Shown here one piece after another: positions 1 to 9,713 of a DNA stretch of 64,000 nt. The position numbers and the translations under genes were made by a program. The notes under the pieces were generated by a model, which saw only the letters and a program-made list of their open reading frames with translations, did no database searches and was not told where the DNA came from. This DNA is from an uncultured Planctomycetaceae bacterium (lineage in GTDB: Bacteria > Planctomycetota > Planctomycetia > Planctomycetales > Planctomycetaceae). The first letter of the stretch is position 1. Every line of letters begins with the position of its first letter. The DNA lies in contig CAWFAK010000005.1 of the NCBI GenBank assembly GCA_963813715.1, forward strand, positions 992,001 through 1,056,000, written 5' to 3'.

Positions 1-933
1 GAAGCGGAACGTGTACGAGCGTCCGCGGACGGCCTCAATGGGGGCGATCTGCGAATCGAAGTAGGCGGACGCGAAGCGGGGGTCGTCTTTGAGCAGGTAC
101 ATGCCGCCGGTCAGCCGCGGATTGCACTCAATCGCCGCGATCCGTCCGGACGCATCTTCAATGAAGTCGAAGCCCACCTGCCCCGTGTACTTGACGGCTT
201 CGATGAACGTGCGGACCCACTGCCACACCGCCGGCTGCTCGACGCGACGGTAAACCACGGTCGGGCCGAAGTCGTGGCAGAAATCGGTGGCGTAGGTGGC
301 ATGCGCGGTGATTCGACCCTGATGGGCGATCGTGAACGTCGCGTAAGGCCGTCCCGGTAGATACTCCTGCGCGATCCAGGGCCGTTTGGCGGTCGGCTCG
401 ACGCCGTCGAGCGCCTCGATCCCCTGCGGACGCACGACCGTCTGCGCGGCAAACCGCGAATAGATGGGCTTATAGACCGTGCGGCTGCCTTCGCGCTGGC
501 CGAACACGCGCAAGAGCTCGTCACGGCTGGCGATTCGCGTCGTCGCGGGAGCGGACAAGCCCAGCTCGCGCACCTTTTCGATGAAGAGCCACTTGTCATG
601 CAGCCCAATCAGCGTATCGAAGTTGGGTGCAAAGAGCGCGGGGCCGTCCGGGCGGGCGGCCTTCGCCTGGGCCAGATAAAACACTTCCTCGTAAATGGGC
701 ACGATCAGGTCGACCGAGTGCCGGTCGGAAATCTCCCACACCGCGTCGAGCCACTCCGAAGTCTGGCGGGCGGGCGACGGCACGTGAAAATAACGCGAAA
801 CAGCCGACGAATACCGGCACAATGTGTGTGGCCACGCGTCGGCGACAAGCACCCGATACCCTTCCGCCTGAAATCGCCGCGCCAAGGCCAGCGCATAAGT
901 TCCGCGACCTGCCGTCAACAACAACGTGCGCAT
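1..933 (-). CDS. ATP-grasp domain protein (3' end runs off the window)
   Basis: Manual translation from ATG 933: MRTLLLTAGRGTYALALARRFQAEGYRVLVAD...VDLIVPIYEEVFY...YTGQVGFDFIEDASGRIAAIECNPRLTGG. The E-x-N-P-R ATP-grasp motif is present. Absent from the ORF track because it has no stop in the window. Confidence 0.85.
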   Translation of the reverse strand, partial: MRTLLLTAGRGTYALALARRFQAEGYRVLVADAWPHTLCRYSSAVSRYFHVPSPARQTSEWLDAVWEISDRHSVDLIVPIYEEVFYLAQAKAARPDGPALFAPNFDTLIGLHDKWLFIEKVRELGLSAPATTRIASRDELLRVFGQREGSRTVYKPIYSRFAAQTVVRPQGIEALDGVEPTAKRPWIAQEYLPGRPYATFTIAHQGRITAHATYATDFCHDFGPTVVYRRVEQPAVWQWVRTFIEAVKYTGQVGFDFIEDASGRIAAIECNPRLTGGMYLLKDDPRFASAYFDSQIAPIEAVRGRSYTFRF

Positions 934-1220
934 AACGGGCCCCAGTGCGAGTGAATCGGGATGGGAATCGGAGAGCGATTCTCAAAGAGAGTCCGGCAGA
1001 CCAGAGTTTTCGGTCTGCGGAGGGGCGACGGATGAAGGGGACGGCCGCCCGTATAAGAACCGCGATCTTCCGAAACCAGCGTTCCCGCAGAAAGGGCACC
1101 GCGATCCGTAAGAGCCCGCAGGCAGGCAGCCTTGCCGCAGTTACAGCAGCGACTCACTGGAATCGGAGGAGACTGAAGCGTGAGCGAGATGGACCGCGCG
1201 AATTGTCTCGCGCGAAAGAG

Positions 1221-2513
1221 CTAAACAGCGCGGATAATCGCGGCAGCGCTTTGACCCATCGCCGTGCGATTGACGGTCAGGGCCGTCTTCTTTCGCAGAT
1301 CGAGCGGCTCGCGGTGGACGACCCGCAGCCGGAACCGCGGATCGGGAGTCTCGTAATTGAGCGTCATCGGCAGCGAGCCGTGCTCGAGCGCCAGCAGGCT
1401 GCCCGCCAGCTCGACCGCGCCCGAACCCGCGTCGAAGTGGCCGAAATAGCTCTTGAGTGCCGTCACCGGAATGGATTCGGCCTCGTCGTCGAAGGCCCGG
1501 CGGAAGGCGCAGGCCTCGACCAGATCGTCCCGCTGCGTGCTTTTTCCGTGGGCATTAATGTGCCCCAAATCCGAGGGCCGCAGGGACGCCTGCCGCAGGC
1601 TGGAGCGAATGGCGCGGACCAGGCCCGTGCCCCCGTTGCCGTTCGAGGAGCCTGTGCCGTCGCAGCCGGCCGCGACGCCCAGCACCTCGGCGTAGATTCG
1701 GGCTCCGCGACGTGCGGCATGGCTGTACCGCTCGACGACGAACGCCGCGCCCCCTTCGCCCACGATCGTGCCGTCACGGTCGAAGTCGAAGGGGCGGCAC
1801 GCACGGAGCGGATCGTCGACCCGCCGTGACAGTCCGTCAAACAGGCTGAGCTTGGCAATGTCGACCGGATGCACGTTGGAGCTGGAGGCGCCGACGATCA
1901 TGCAGTCGGCCGCGCCGCGGTCGATCACGTTGACCGCTTCGGCCAGCGCCAAGAGCGCCGACGACTCGCGGCACGTGATCGTGTTGTTGGGCCCCCGCGC
2001 ATCGAATTCGATCGAAACGTGGCAGGCGGGCATGTTGGGCAACTGCCGCAGAAACCAGAGCGGACAGATTTCGCCCATCGCTTGTTCGTTGAATCGCTCG
2101 TAGGCGAAGGCGCCCTTTTCGTCGCTCGAGGCGGTCACCGCGTCGGTGAGTTCCTGCGGCGTTGTGGAGATGCGGCCAGCCCCGAAGGAGACGCCCAATC
2201 GGTCCGGATCGACCGAGCCCCGCACCAGGGCGGCGTCGTCCATCGCCAAGGTCGAGGCGGCGACGCCCAGCTGGATGTCGCGGGACATGACCTTGATCAA
2301 CTTTTTATTGGCAATGTAGTCTTCGGGCGCGAAATCGTGGATTTGGGCGGCTAGGCGCGTGGGCAGATGGTCGCTGCGAAAAGCGCGCAGATAGCCGATT
2401 CCGGATCGGCCCTGCATCAAGCTTTTCCAGAACGCATCTTTGCCGATGCCGATCGGGGAAACGACCCCGACACCGGTGATGACAATCCTGGTTGGAATGT
2501 CCCCAGCCTTCAT
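1221..2513 (-). CDS. beta-ketoacyl-ACP synthase II (FabF-like) family protein with Cys->Glu at the catalytic position
   Basis: RIVITGVGVVSPIG, PNMPACHVSI, GPNNTITCRESSA (typical GPNxSxSTACAT), RACRPFDFDRDG, INAHGKST, KSYFGHFDAGSG. ATG 2513 is preferred over the upstream ORF start. Confidence 0.9.
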   Translation of the reverse strand: MKAGDIPTRIVITGVGVVSPIGIGKDAFWKSLMQGRSGIGYLRAFRSDHLPTRLAAQIHDFAPEDYIANKKLIKVMSRDIQLGVAASTLAMDDAALVRGSVDPDRLGVSFGAGRISTTPQELTDAVTASSDEKGAFAYERFNEQAMGEICPLWFLRQLPNMPACHVSIEFDARGPNNTITCRESSALLALAEAVNVIDRGAADCMIVGASSSNVHPVDIAKLSLFDGLSRRVDDPLRACRPFDFDRDGTIVGEGGAAFVVERYSHAARRGARIYAEVLGVAAGCDGTGSSNGNGGTGLVRAIRSSLRQASLRPSDLGHINAHGKSTQRDDLVEACAFRRAFDDEAESIPVTALKSYFGHFDAGSGAVELAGSLLALEHGSLPMTLNYETPDPRFRLRVVHREPLDLRKKTALTVNRTAMGQSAAAIIRAV

Positions 2514-3480
2514 GAGACGACCCAGCGGCCGAGGCACGGCTCCGGTCGCAGCACCGCGATATCGGCTTTTCAACGTCCCGCCGGTGTCCCGCCGTCGAGA
2601 GGTCTCAAAGCTCGATCAACTTTGCCGTAAACCACTTCGCCCGAATTCTGCGGCCCGCCCGTGCGTGCCGCTGCCGATTTCTCTGCCGACCCTATTTCTT
2701 TATCGGCAATCTCCCCAGGGAGGGGAGACGGGTGATCGAGCAAACGGGGGACTGTTTTCGTCAAACAGCCGAAGCAGCCAACCTGCGCAGTCAGTCGACG
2801 CTCATGCCACTCGCAGCGCTTGACCCGCGTGAGTTTTCCGCGTGAATTTACAAGGGCGATTTTTCTAGCCGTCGCCAACCGCAGGATAAGTCGTAACTAC
2901 TGATCCCCATATGTGTTTGCTAGCCTGACCCATGTCAAATTAGACCGCAGATCGCGGGGCGCGTCAAGAACAATCCGCTACGGGCGGCACAAGGGGGCAA
3001 GTCGCCGGGTTCGGTAGAATCGGCCATGTCGACGCGTGGTGCGGCATCTCCAACGTCGCAGGACGGGTGTCGCGGCCAGTTCCCCGACGCGGGCGACACC
3101 GAAGTGGGGCTGAGGCCGATTGTGCCGACGGAATCGATTCTTCTGCGGCACCCTACACGCGACTGGTCATTTCGCGTCGCAGGGAGGGGGAGCGATGGTT
3201 CGTCGAGAGGGCGTTCAGCAGAGAAGATTGCGGCCGCGGCTAAAGAAAAACAGCCGGGAGAATTCCGGCGGTGGGGCAGGAACCACAAGAATTCAGCGTC
3301 CGGCTGCCATTCCCATTTTACTGCGGAAGGGGCGGGCTTGCAAACTTCGGGCAAGGCTGGATTAGAATGCGCGGGCTGCATCTGGAACTCCTTAACCAAG
3401 ATGCGACGGCGGCTGCTCCGGATGGCAGTGCCGCCTCGACGAAGCGACGACGAGACAAATCCGACATCAGCCGTGCTCAC

Positions 3481-3562
3481 GCGAGAGTGGCGGAATTGGC
3501 AGACGCGCCAGACTTAGGATTTGGTGCCGCAAGGCGTGGGGGTTCGAGTCCCCCCTCTCGCA
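3481..3562 (+). tRNA. tRNA-Leu (anticodon TAG)
   Basis: Acceptor stem GCGAGAG/CTCTCGC-A, D-loop GGAATTGGCAGAC, anticodon arm CCAGA-CTTAGGA-TTTGG, long variable arm, T-loop GGTTCGAGTCC. CCA is not encoded. Confidence 0.97.
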
Positions 3563-3750
3563 TTCCCCCGCAGCTGCCCCCTGTGACGTAGAATTCGCGC
3601 GCCGTCACGCGTTCTCCAAGACCTGTTCAGACGTCTCTGTCTCGGCCGCGCACAACTCGCAGAGTCCGGGGACGCACTATCTTCACTCGAGACGCATGAT
3701 TTTTATCCGCTGTGGACGTGCTTCGCCACGCGGCTTCCAAACGTGCGTTT

Positions 3751-3773
3751 TGCAAGTCCCTCTTGCGTTTTTT
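3751..3773 (+). terminator. possible weak intrinsic terminator downstream of tRNA-Leu
   Basis: GCAAG-TCCCT-CTTGC hairpin followed by GTTTTTT. Confidence 0.35.
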
Positions 3774-3820
3774 GGACCGGTCAACTACAAGACCGAAGCC
3801 CCGAGGTAGTTCTTGGCACC

Positions 3821-4072
3821 GACATGGATGTCAGAGTCAAGACCCATCCGAAGCGCCGACCGGTGGCACGAATTCGGGCCGCCCCGGCAGGCGGAGTAAC
3901 CGCCCCTCACGCGCGAGGAGCCTCAAGGCAACGTGCCGGCATGGATGCCGATAACCGGCCGCTTTCTGCACCGGAGCGCTTTCGTGGCGAACCCGGCAAA
4001 GTGGCCCGGATCGCGTCGCACGACCCAGTGGCCGTCGCGATCTGACAAGGATGTAAAGTGCCGGAAAGGAGG
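3821..4072 (+). promoter_or_regulatory. leader (or small RNA) with multiple CsrA/RsmA-type binding hairpins
   Basis: GACA-TGGA-TGTC (3821-3832), CGGCA-TGGA-TGCCG (3937-3950), ACA-AGGA-TGT (4045-4054), plus GGA in the SD AAGGAGG (4066-4072). Matches the ANGGA-in-loop CsrA consensus and lies directly upstream of a CsrA-domain gene. Confidence 0.6.
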
Positions 4073-4080
4073 CCTCGATC

Positions 4081-4866
4081 GTGTTAGTTCTCACCCGCAG
4101 AGAAAACGAGAAAATCTTATTGCCCGACGTGGGCGTGACCGTCGAATTGATGTCGGTCACTGGTAACCGCGCCCGCTTGGGCATCAGCGCTCCCGATAAC
4201 ATTCGCATTCTTCGCGAAGAAGTCGCCGTCAACCAGGCTGTTCTCAAGCAGGCCACGGTTCGCGGTTCGATGTCGCGAGAATTCGTTCATGCCTTTCGCA
4301 ACCGGCTCAACGCGGCCATCCTGGCGGCCGAGACCGTGCGGATGCAAATCGAAGCCGAACGCCTCGACGATACGTCAAGCACGCTCGATCGCATCGTGAC
4401 CGAGCTCCGGGCGATGGCGTCGATGGTCGAAGGACCGCAGCCGGTCGCCGCGCCGCCGCTTGTCGCGTCAGGAGTGGGCGAGCACCGGCCTTGGAAGGCG
4501 TTGGTGGTCGAGGACGACGCCAACGAGAGCTTGCTGCTGGCCGGAATCCTGCGGATGACGGGGTACGAGGTCGACGTCGCCGGTGACGGTGCGGACGCTC
4601 TCGACTATCTCCATTCGCACGCGCGGCCCGACGTCGTGCTGCTCGACATGAAGCTGCCGAAGCTCGACGGGGCCACCACGCTCGGTCGCATCCGCCGGGA
4701 TCCCAATCTCGAGGGGATGAAGGTCTACGCCGTCAGCGCGACGCCGCCCAAGCGGTTTGGCGTGAAGACGGGACCGGGCGGCATCGACCGTTGGTTCTGC
4801 AAGCCTCTTGATCCGCGGGAGCTGGTGCGCCAACTCGATAGCGAGCTGAGCGCCCTCGATCGCTGA
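4081..4866 (+). CDS. CsrA (carbon storage regulator) domain fused to a response-regulator receiver domain
   Basis: N-term MLVLTRRENEKILL...RLGISAPDNIRILREEV (CsrA). Linker FVHAFRNRLN resembles a HisKA H-box. C-term REC: LVVEDD...VVLLDMKLPKLDG...VSA...CKP. Confidence 0.9.
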   Translation: MLVLTRRENEKILLPDVGVTVELMSVTGNRARLGISAPDNIRILREEVAVNQAVLKQATVRGSMSREFVHAFRNRLNAAILAAETVRMQIEAERLDDTSSTLDRIVTELRAMASMVEGPQPVAAPPLVASGVGEHRPWKALVVEDDANESLLLAGILRMTGYEVDVAGDGADALDYLHSHARPDVVLLDMKLPKLDGATTLGRIRRDPNLEGMKVYAVSATPPKRFGVKTGPGGIDRWFCKPLDPRELVRQLDSELSALDR

Positions 4867-4886
4867 CGCCCAGGCGTCAGCGGTTT
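4861..4886 (+). terminator. perfect 10-bp hairpin overlapping the csrA-REC stop (terminator-like)
   Basis: CGCTGACGCC-CA-GGCGTCAGCG followed by GTTT. Confidence 0.4.
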
Positions 4887-5222
4887 GCCGAATTCGGCCG
4901 TCGTCATCGATGGCTGCGTTGCAGTAAGCAGACGGCGCGGATGCAGGATCCGCGCCGCTTCTGAGATCGCACAACTTGCCGGTCCGGCGCCCCCACGCCC
5001 GTGCTGGGCTCGTTCAGCACGGATCGGCGGCCGCTTCAGCTGGGAAAGACACCCACCGTGCAGCCAAAACAATCGCCGCGCTCGCTGCCCCCTTCCGGTC
5101 GCGAGGCCGCCCCGTCACGCAATCTGGCTTTCGACTTCCAGCGGTCGGAGTTTGACACGGCCGCTCAGCCCTACGAAACATTTCAGACCACCACCGACGA
5201 GCCGCTCCCCCGACATTGGAAC

Positions 5223-6717
5223 ATGAACGGCATCAACATCGGCGAAAGTCTCCGTCGCGCCCTCGAGGTGTGCGAGGCGGCCTTCGACGACATCGTCGAT
5301 AAAAGCGCCGACGGTGTGGTCGTCGTGAACCCCGTCGGCACGATCTGTTTTGCCAACGCGGCCGCCGAATCGATGCTGGGCCGCTCGACGGGCGAACTTC
5401 TGGGCGAACCGTTCGGAATGCCGGTGGGGGCCGGCGAAACATTCGAGATGAAGCTGCCCTCGACCGATCAGGGCTGCCACTTCGCCGAAATCCGCGTCGT
5501 CGCCACCCATTGGCAGGGCTCGCCCGCCTTGCTGGCCACCCTGCGCGACGTCACGCAGCGCAATCGGGCCCTGCGCCGTCGCGACGAATTCCTGGCCATG
5601 CTGTCGCACGAACTGCGCAATCCGCTGGCGGCCATCTCCAGCGCGGCGAGCGTGCTGGCCCGCCCCGACCTCGACGGCGACGCCTTTGCCAGAGCCCGCG
5701 GCGTCATCGAACGGCAGTGCGCAAATGACCCGCCTGCTGGCCGATCTGCTCGACGTCTCCCGCGCGACCCGCGCGAAGATCGAGCTGCGCAAGAAATGCC
5801 TCGACCTGGTCGACGTGATCATCGAAGCCGTCGACGCGGTGCGCGGCGAAGCCGAGGCCGTCGGCCAGACCGTGTCGCTGGTTGCCAGTGTCGACATGAT
5901 TCCAGTCGACGGCGACGCGGTGCGCTTGCACCAGGTGTTTGTGAACCTACTTTCCAATGCGTCCAAGTTTTCCGGTGCCGGAAGCCCAATCCGGGTGATG
6001 GTGGGGATTGAGGAGGATCAGGCGGTCGTCAAAGTCCGCGACCAGGGAATCGGGATGACGCCCGAGGTGTTGGAGGCCGTGTTCCAGCCCTTCGTCCAGC
6101 TCGACTCGTCGCTGGATCGGCCCGGCGAGGGCCTGGGTCTCGGCCTGGCGATTGCCGATTGCTTGATCAAGCTGCACGGCGGCGCGGTGCGGGCGTCGAG
6201 CGAAGGCCTGGGAAAGGGGAGCGAGTTCTGCGTCCGCCTGCCCCTGTCTCGCTCGCGTCCCGAGTCGGCGCCCACGTTAGCCGACGCCGCGACGGAGACG
6301 GCGCTACGCGTGGTGATCGTCGAGGACAACGCCGACGTGGGCGAGATGCTCAAAACGTTGCTGGAGTGCGTGGGGCATCAGGTGGAGATTGCCGCCGACG
6401 GCCTGACCGGCGCGGAACTGATCGAACGCATGCATCCGGACGTGGCCCTAATCGACATCGGCCTGCCCGCGCTCAACGGTTACCAGCTCGCGCAGCGAAT
6501 TCGCTCCGACGACGCCCATCGGGACGTCTACTTGGCGGCGCTCACCGGCTACGGACAAGCGGCCGACCAGGAGAAGGCCCTGTCTTCGGGCTTCGATACT
6601 CACATCGCCAAGCCCGTCAGCGTCGAGCACCTGCGCAGACTGCTTGCTTCGCGACAACGAGTCCGCCTCAACGTGGCGGCAGCCGAAGAAGCGCAAGCCG
6701 AGCTACCCGCGCGTTGA
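5223..6717 (+). CDS. hybrid sensor histidine kinase (PAS-HisKA-HATPase_c-REC); frameshift near 5720
   Basis: PAS (DGVVVVNPVGTICFANAAAESMLG), H-box FLAMLSHELRNPL, N-box QVFVNLLSNASKF, G-boxes DQGIG and GLGLGL, REC VALIDIGLP...KP. Two overlapping ORFs (5001-6011, 5686-6717) are joined. Confidence 0.9.
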
Positions 6718-6939
6718 CTTGGCGGCTCACCTGTCTAGTTTCGGTCCGAATTGGAACCGGACCGGCGTCGCGCGCCACTAAGCGTGGGCCGCGCCCCCAC
6801 GTTTCCGCGGAACCCCCTGTCGAATTCGTCTTTCCCAATTTGACGGACTCTGCTATGTGTTCCCGGCCGAATCTCCCGTTTCTGGGCCAACCGCACGGGG
6901 TGGGGGAGCGGTATCGAGATCGGTCGGGAAAGGATTCCC

Positions 6940-9709
6940 ATGAAAGGCCTGGCTTGGAAGATTGCGCTCGCGACCGCCGTGCTGGCGGTCGGGTTCCTGG
7001 TCATCCTGCAAGCGCAGCGAGGCATGACCCAGGCCATGCTGCAGAAGACGGCCGACGCCCAAGCCGCCAATCAACCTGCCGCGGCACCGGCAGGCGATGC
7101 CGCCGTCGCCAGTACTGCCGTTGCCAGTGACGCTGCTTCCAAGTCGGATCCGTTCGGCGACGCTGCGTCGGCGAGCGATCCTTCGTCTGTGCATCATGGT
7201 GAGGTCGGCAGCGGAGACCCGAAGAACAACGCTCCGAAGGTTGTGTCACCGGTGACGGCTCCGGAAGTTGTCGACAAGGACTCGGGCAAGTCGCCGGCAA
7301 AACCAACCGCGTCGCCCGATGCGAAAGAGTCCACGGCCGCCAACGATCCCTTCGCCGACGGCGGCGACGTGAAGCACAGCGCTCCAGCGACAGAGACGAA
7401 GAGCGCCGCGCCCGCGGGGTCCGAGGTCAAACAGGCGAGTGCATCAACCGAAGCGCTCGGGAAGAACTCCGAGCCGACCGATAATTCATCCCCGCAGGCG
7501 ATGCCGGCCCCCGAACTCCCCGCGCCCAAGCTGCCGGGAGCCGACGGACCTGGGCTCGGCGATTCGAAGCCGGAGGCGAAAGCCAAAGACGCGAGTGCGC
7601 CGCCAAAACAATCGGAGCCCCCCGCCGGACCGCAGATCGATCTGCCCGCGGGAAAGAAGGATGGCGACCAAAAGGACGCCGCTCCAAAGGACGCGGACGA
7701 AAAAGCGGCCGATGGCAAAGCGAGCGGAGGCCCGCAGCTGCCAGCCGGTCCGTCACTCGATCTGCCGCCGACGACCAATGCTGCTCCGGAAAACCCGTCG
7801 CCGCCGACTCCAAAATCGGCGACGAGCAATCCGCCTTTCCCTGGACCGGCCGACGGCGCCGCAACGCCTCCGGCACAATCCGAGCCTACCGACAAATCGC
7901 CCGTGAAATCGGCGGCGGACGCCGCTCCTCCCTCGTCGTCGGGAGGTCCCAAGCCGTTCCCCGAGGAGGGGCCCAAAGAGTCGCCGCTGGCTGTTCCCAA
8001 GCCGCCGGAATCAGTGCCGCCTTCGACGAACTCGCCGGCCCCGGCGATTCCCTCTCCGGCGATTCCGTCTCCCGCGTGCCCCGACAGGCGGCGCGACGAA
8101 CGGCACGCCGGCGAGCCCGATGGTGCTCGACCTGACACCGGGCAACGCTCCTTCCCCAAATGCTCCTGCAACGGGCGCTCCGCCGACCTTGCCCGAAACG
8201 AAGTCGGCCGATACCAGTAACTCGTCGACTCCGGCCCCGACACAGCGGCCGGCGGCCGACTTGCGTTCGGAGGGGGCGGCGGACTTTCAAGGGGACGGCA
8301 CGGTGGGCGAATCGGCTGCACTGGGACCGCAGCGACCCCAGTTGAATATCGAGAAGATCGCGCCGCAGAACGCTCTGCTCGGCCAGCCGCTCATTTATGC
8401 GATCGTGGTCCGAAATGTGGGCCAAAGCGCGGCCCGCGACGTCGTCGTCGAAGATCGCATCCCCAAGGGAACGAAGCTCTCCGGGACGATCCCCCGCGCG
8501 GAACTCACGGGCAAAAAGTTGATCTGGCGGCTCGGCACTTTGGCTGCGGGCGAACAGCGCAAGATCTCCATCCGCGTGATTCCGCAGGAAGCGGGGGAGA
8601 TCGGCAGCGTGGCCACGGTGAATTTCGTGGCCGAGGCGGCCGCCGAAACCGTCGTTACCGCGCCGCGATTGGAATTCAAAATCACCGCGCCCTCGGCAGC
8701 CCGGCTGGGCGAGTCGGTGCCTTTCCGCTTCGAGGTGAGGAATGTCGGCACCGGCGAGGCGCGCGGCGTCGTCATTCGCGACCTGATTCCGCAGGGCCTC
8801 GCGCATACCGCGGGCAACGACCTCGAATACGAAGTGGGACGCCTGTTGCCCGGTCGCTCGAAGCAATTGACGCTCGACCTGAAGGCGGGCAAGGTCGGCA
8901 CGGCCGTCAACCGGGCCGTGGTGCTCGCCGAAGGTGGACTGACTGCCGAGGCGAAGGCCACCATCGAGATCAGCGGCTCCAAAATCGCACTGACACGAAC
9001 TGGTCCGCAGCGGCGCTACCTGGGACGCCAGGCCGTGTTTACCAACACGCTCGTCAACGAGTCGAGTTTTGCGGTCGACGGCGTGGTACTGGTGGAATCG
9101 GTGCCGGCCGGGATGGACTTTGCCGGCGCGTCGCACGGCGGGCAATACAACGACGGCAGCCGCACGATCGCCTGGCGGATCGACCCGCTGTCGCCGGGCG
9201 AAACGCGAGTCGTGAAATCGCGGCTCGTCGCACGAAACCTGGGGAGCCAAACGAGCACCGTTCGCCTCACCGTTCCCAATGGGGAGCCGGTGGAGGCAAC
9301 TTCGCAGACCGCGGTCGAAGGATTTGCTGCCGTGGGGCTCGACGTGACCGGCGTCGACGGCCCGGTCGACCTGGGAGAGAAAGTCACCCTGCACGTCAAC
9401 GCGCGGAACAAAGGGACGGTCCCCGTCACCAACCTCATGTTGACCGTCGAACTGCCCGAGCAGATGGAGGTCGTGTCGGCCCGCGGTCCGGGCAAGCTGC
9501 TGCAGGAACCGGGGCGGCTCAAGTTCGGCCCCATGCCGACGCTCGAGGGACGCACGGCAGCCGCCTGTGAAATCGTGCTGGCGGCGCGTAAACGGGGCGA
9601 TAGTCGGCTGAGGCTGAGCATTCAAGCCGACCAGATCGACAAGCCGCTGGCCCGCGAGGAATCGATCCTGATTCTCTCAGAATCGCCCGAGCCGACCGCC
9701 GCTCGCTGA
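6940..9709 (+). CDS. DUF11-repeat (OmcB-like) envelope protein with a long Pro/Ala-rich disordered N-terminal region; frameshift near 8080-8100
   Basis: N-terminal signal/TM segment, ~350 aa low-complexity linker, then four Ig-like DUF11 repeats (LIYAIVVRNVG...DVVVEDRIPKG; FRFEVRNVG...IRDLIPQGL; and so on). Confidence 0.8.
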
Positions 9710-9713
9710 ACGC

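Noticed and set aside
3338..3368. Possible sigma70 promoter TTGCAA...TAGAAT for tRNA-Leu
   Set aside because: The spacer is 19 nt and the site is over 110 nt from the tRNA; not supportable.
2574..3480. Long gene-free stretches (also 38900-39900 and 60930-61500) as ncRNA or hidden genes
   Set aside because: No recognisable RNA motif, operator palindrome (e.g. CIRCE) or protein-like ORF was seen. An Rfam scan would be needed.
3545..3562. Island integrated at tRNA-Leu carrying csrA-REC and the kinase
   Set aside because: I found no second copy of the tRNA-Leu 3' end and no integrase by eye.
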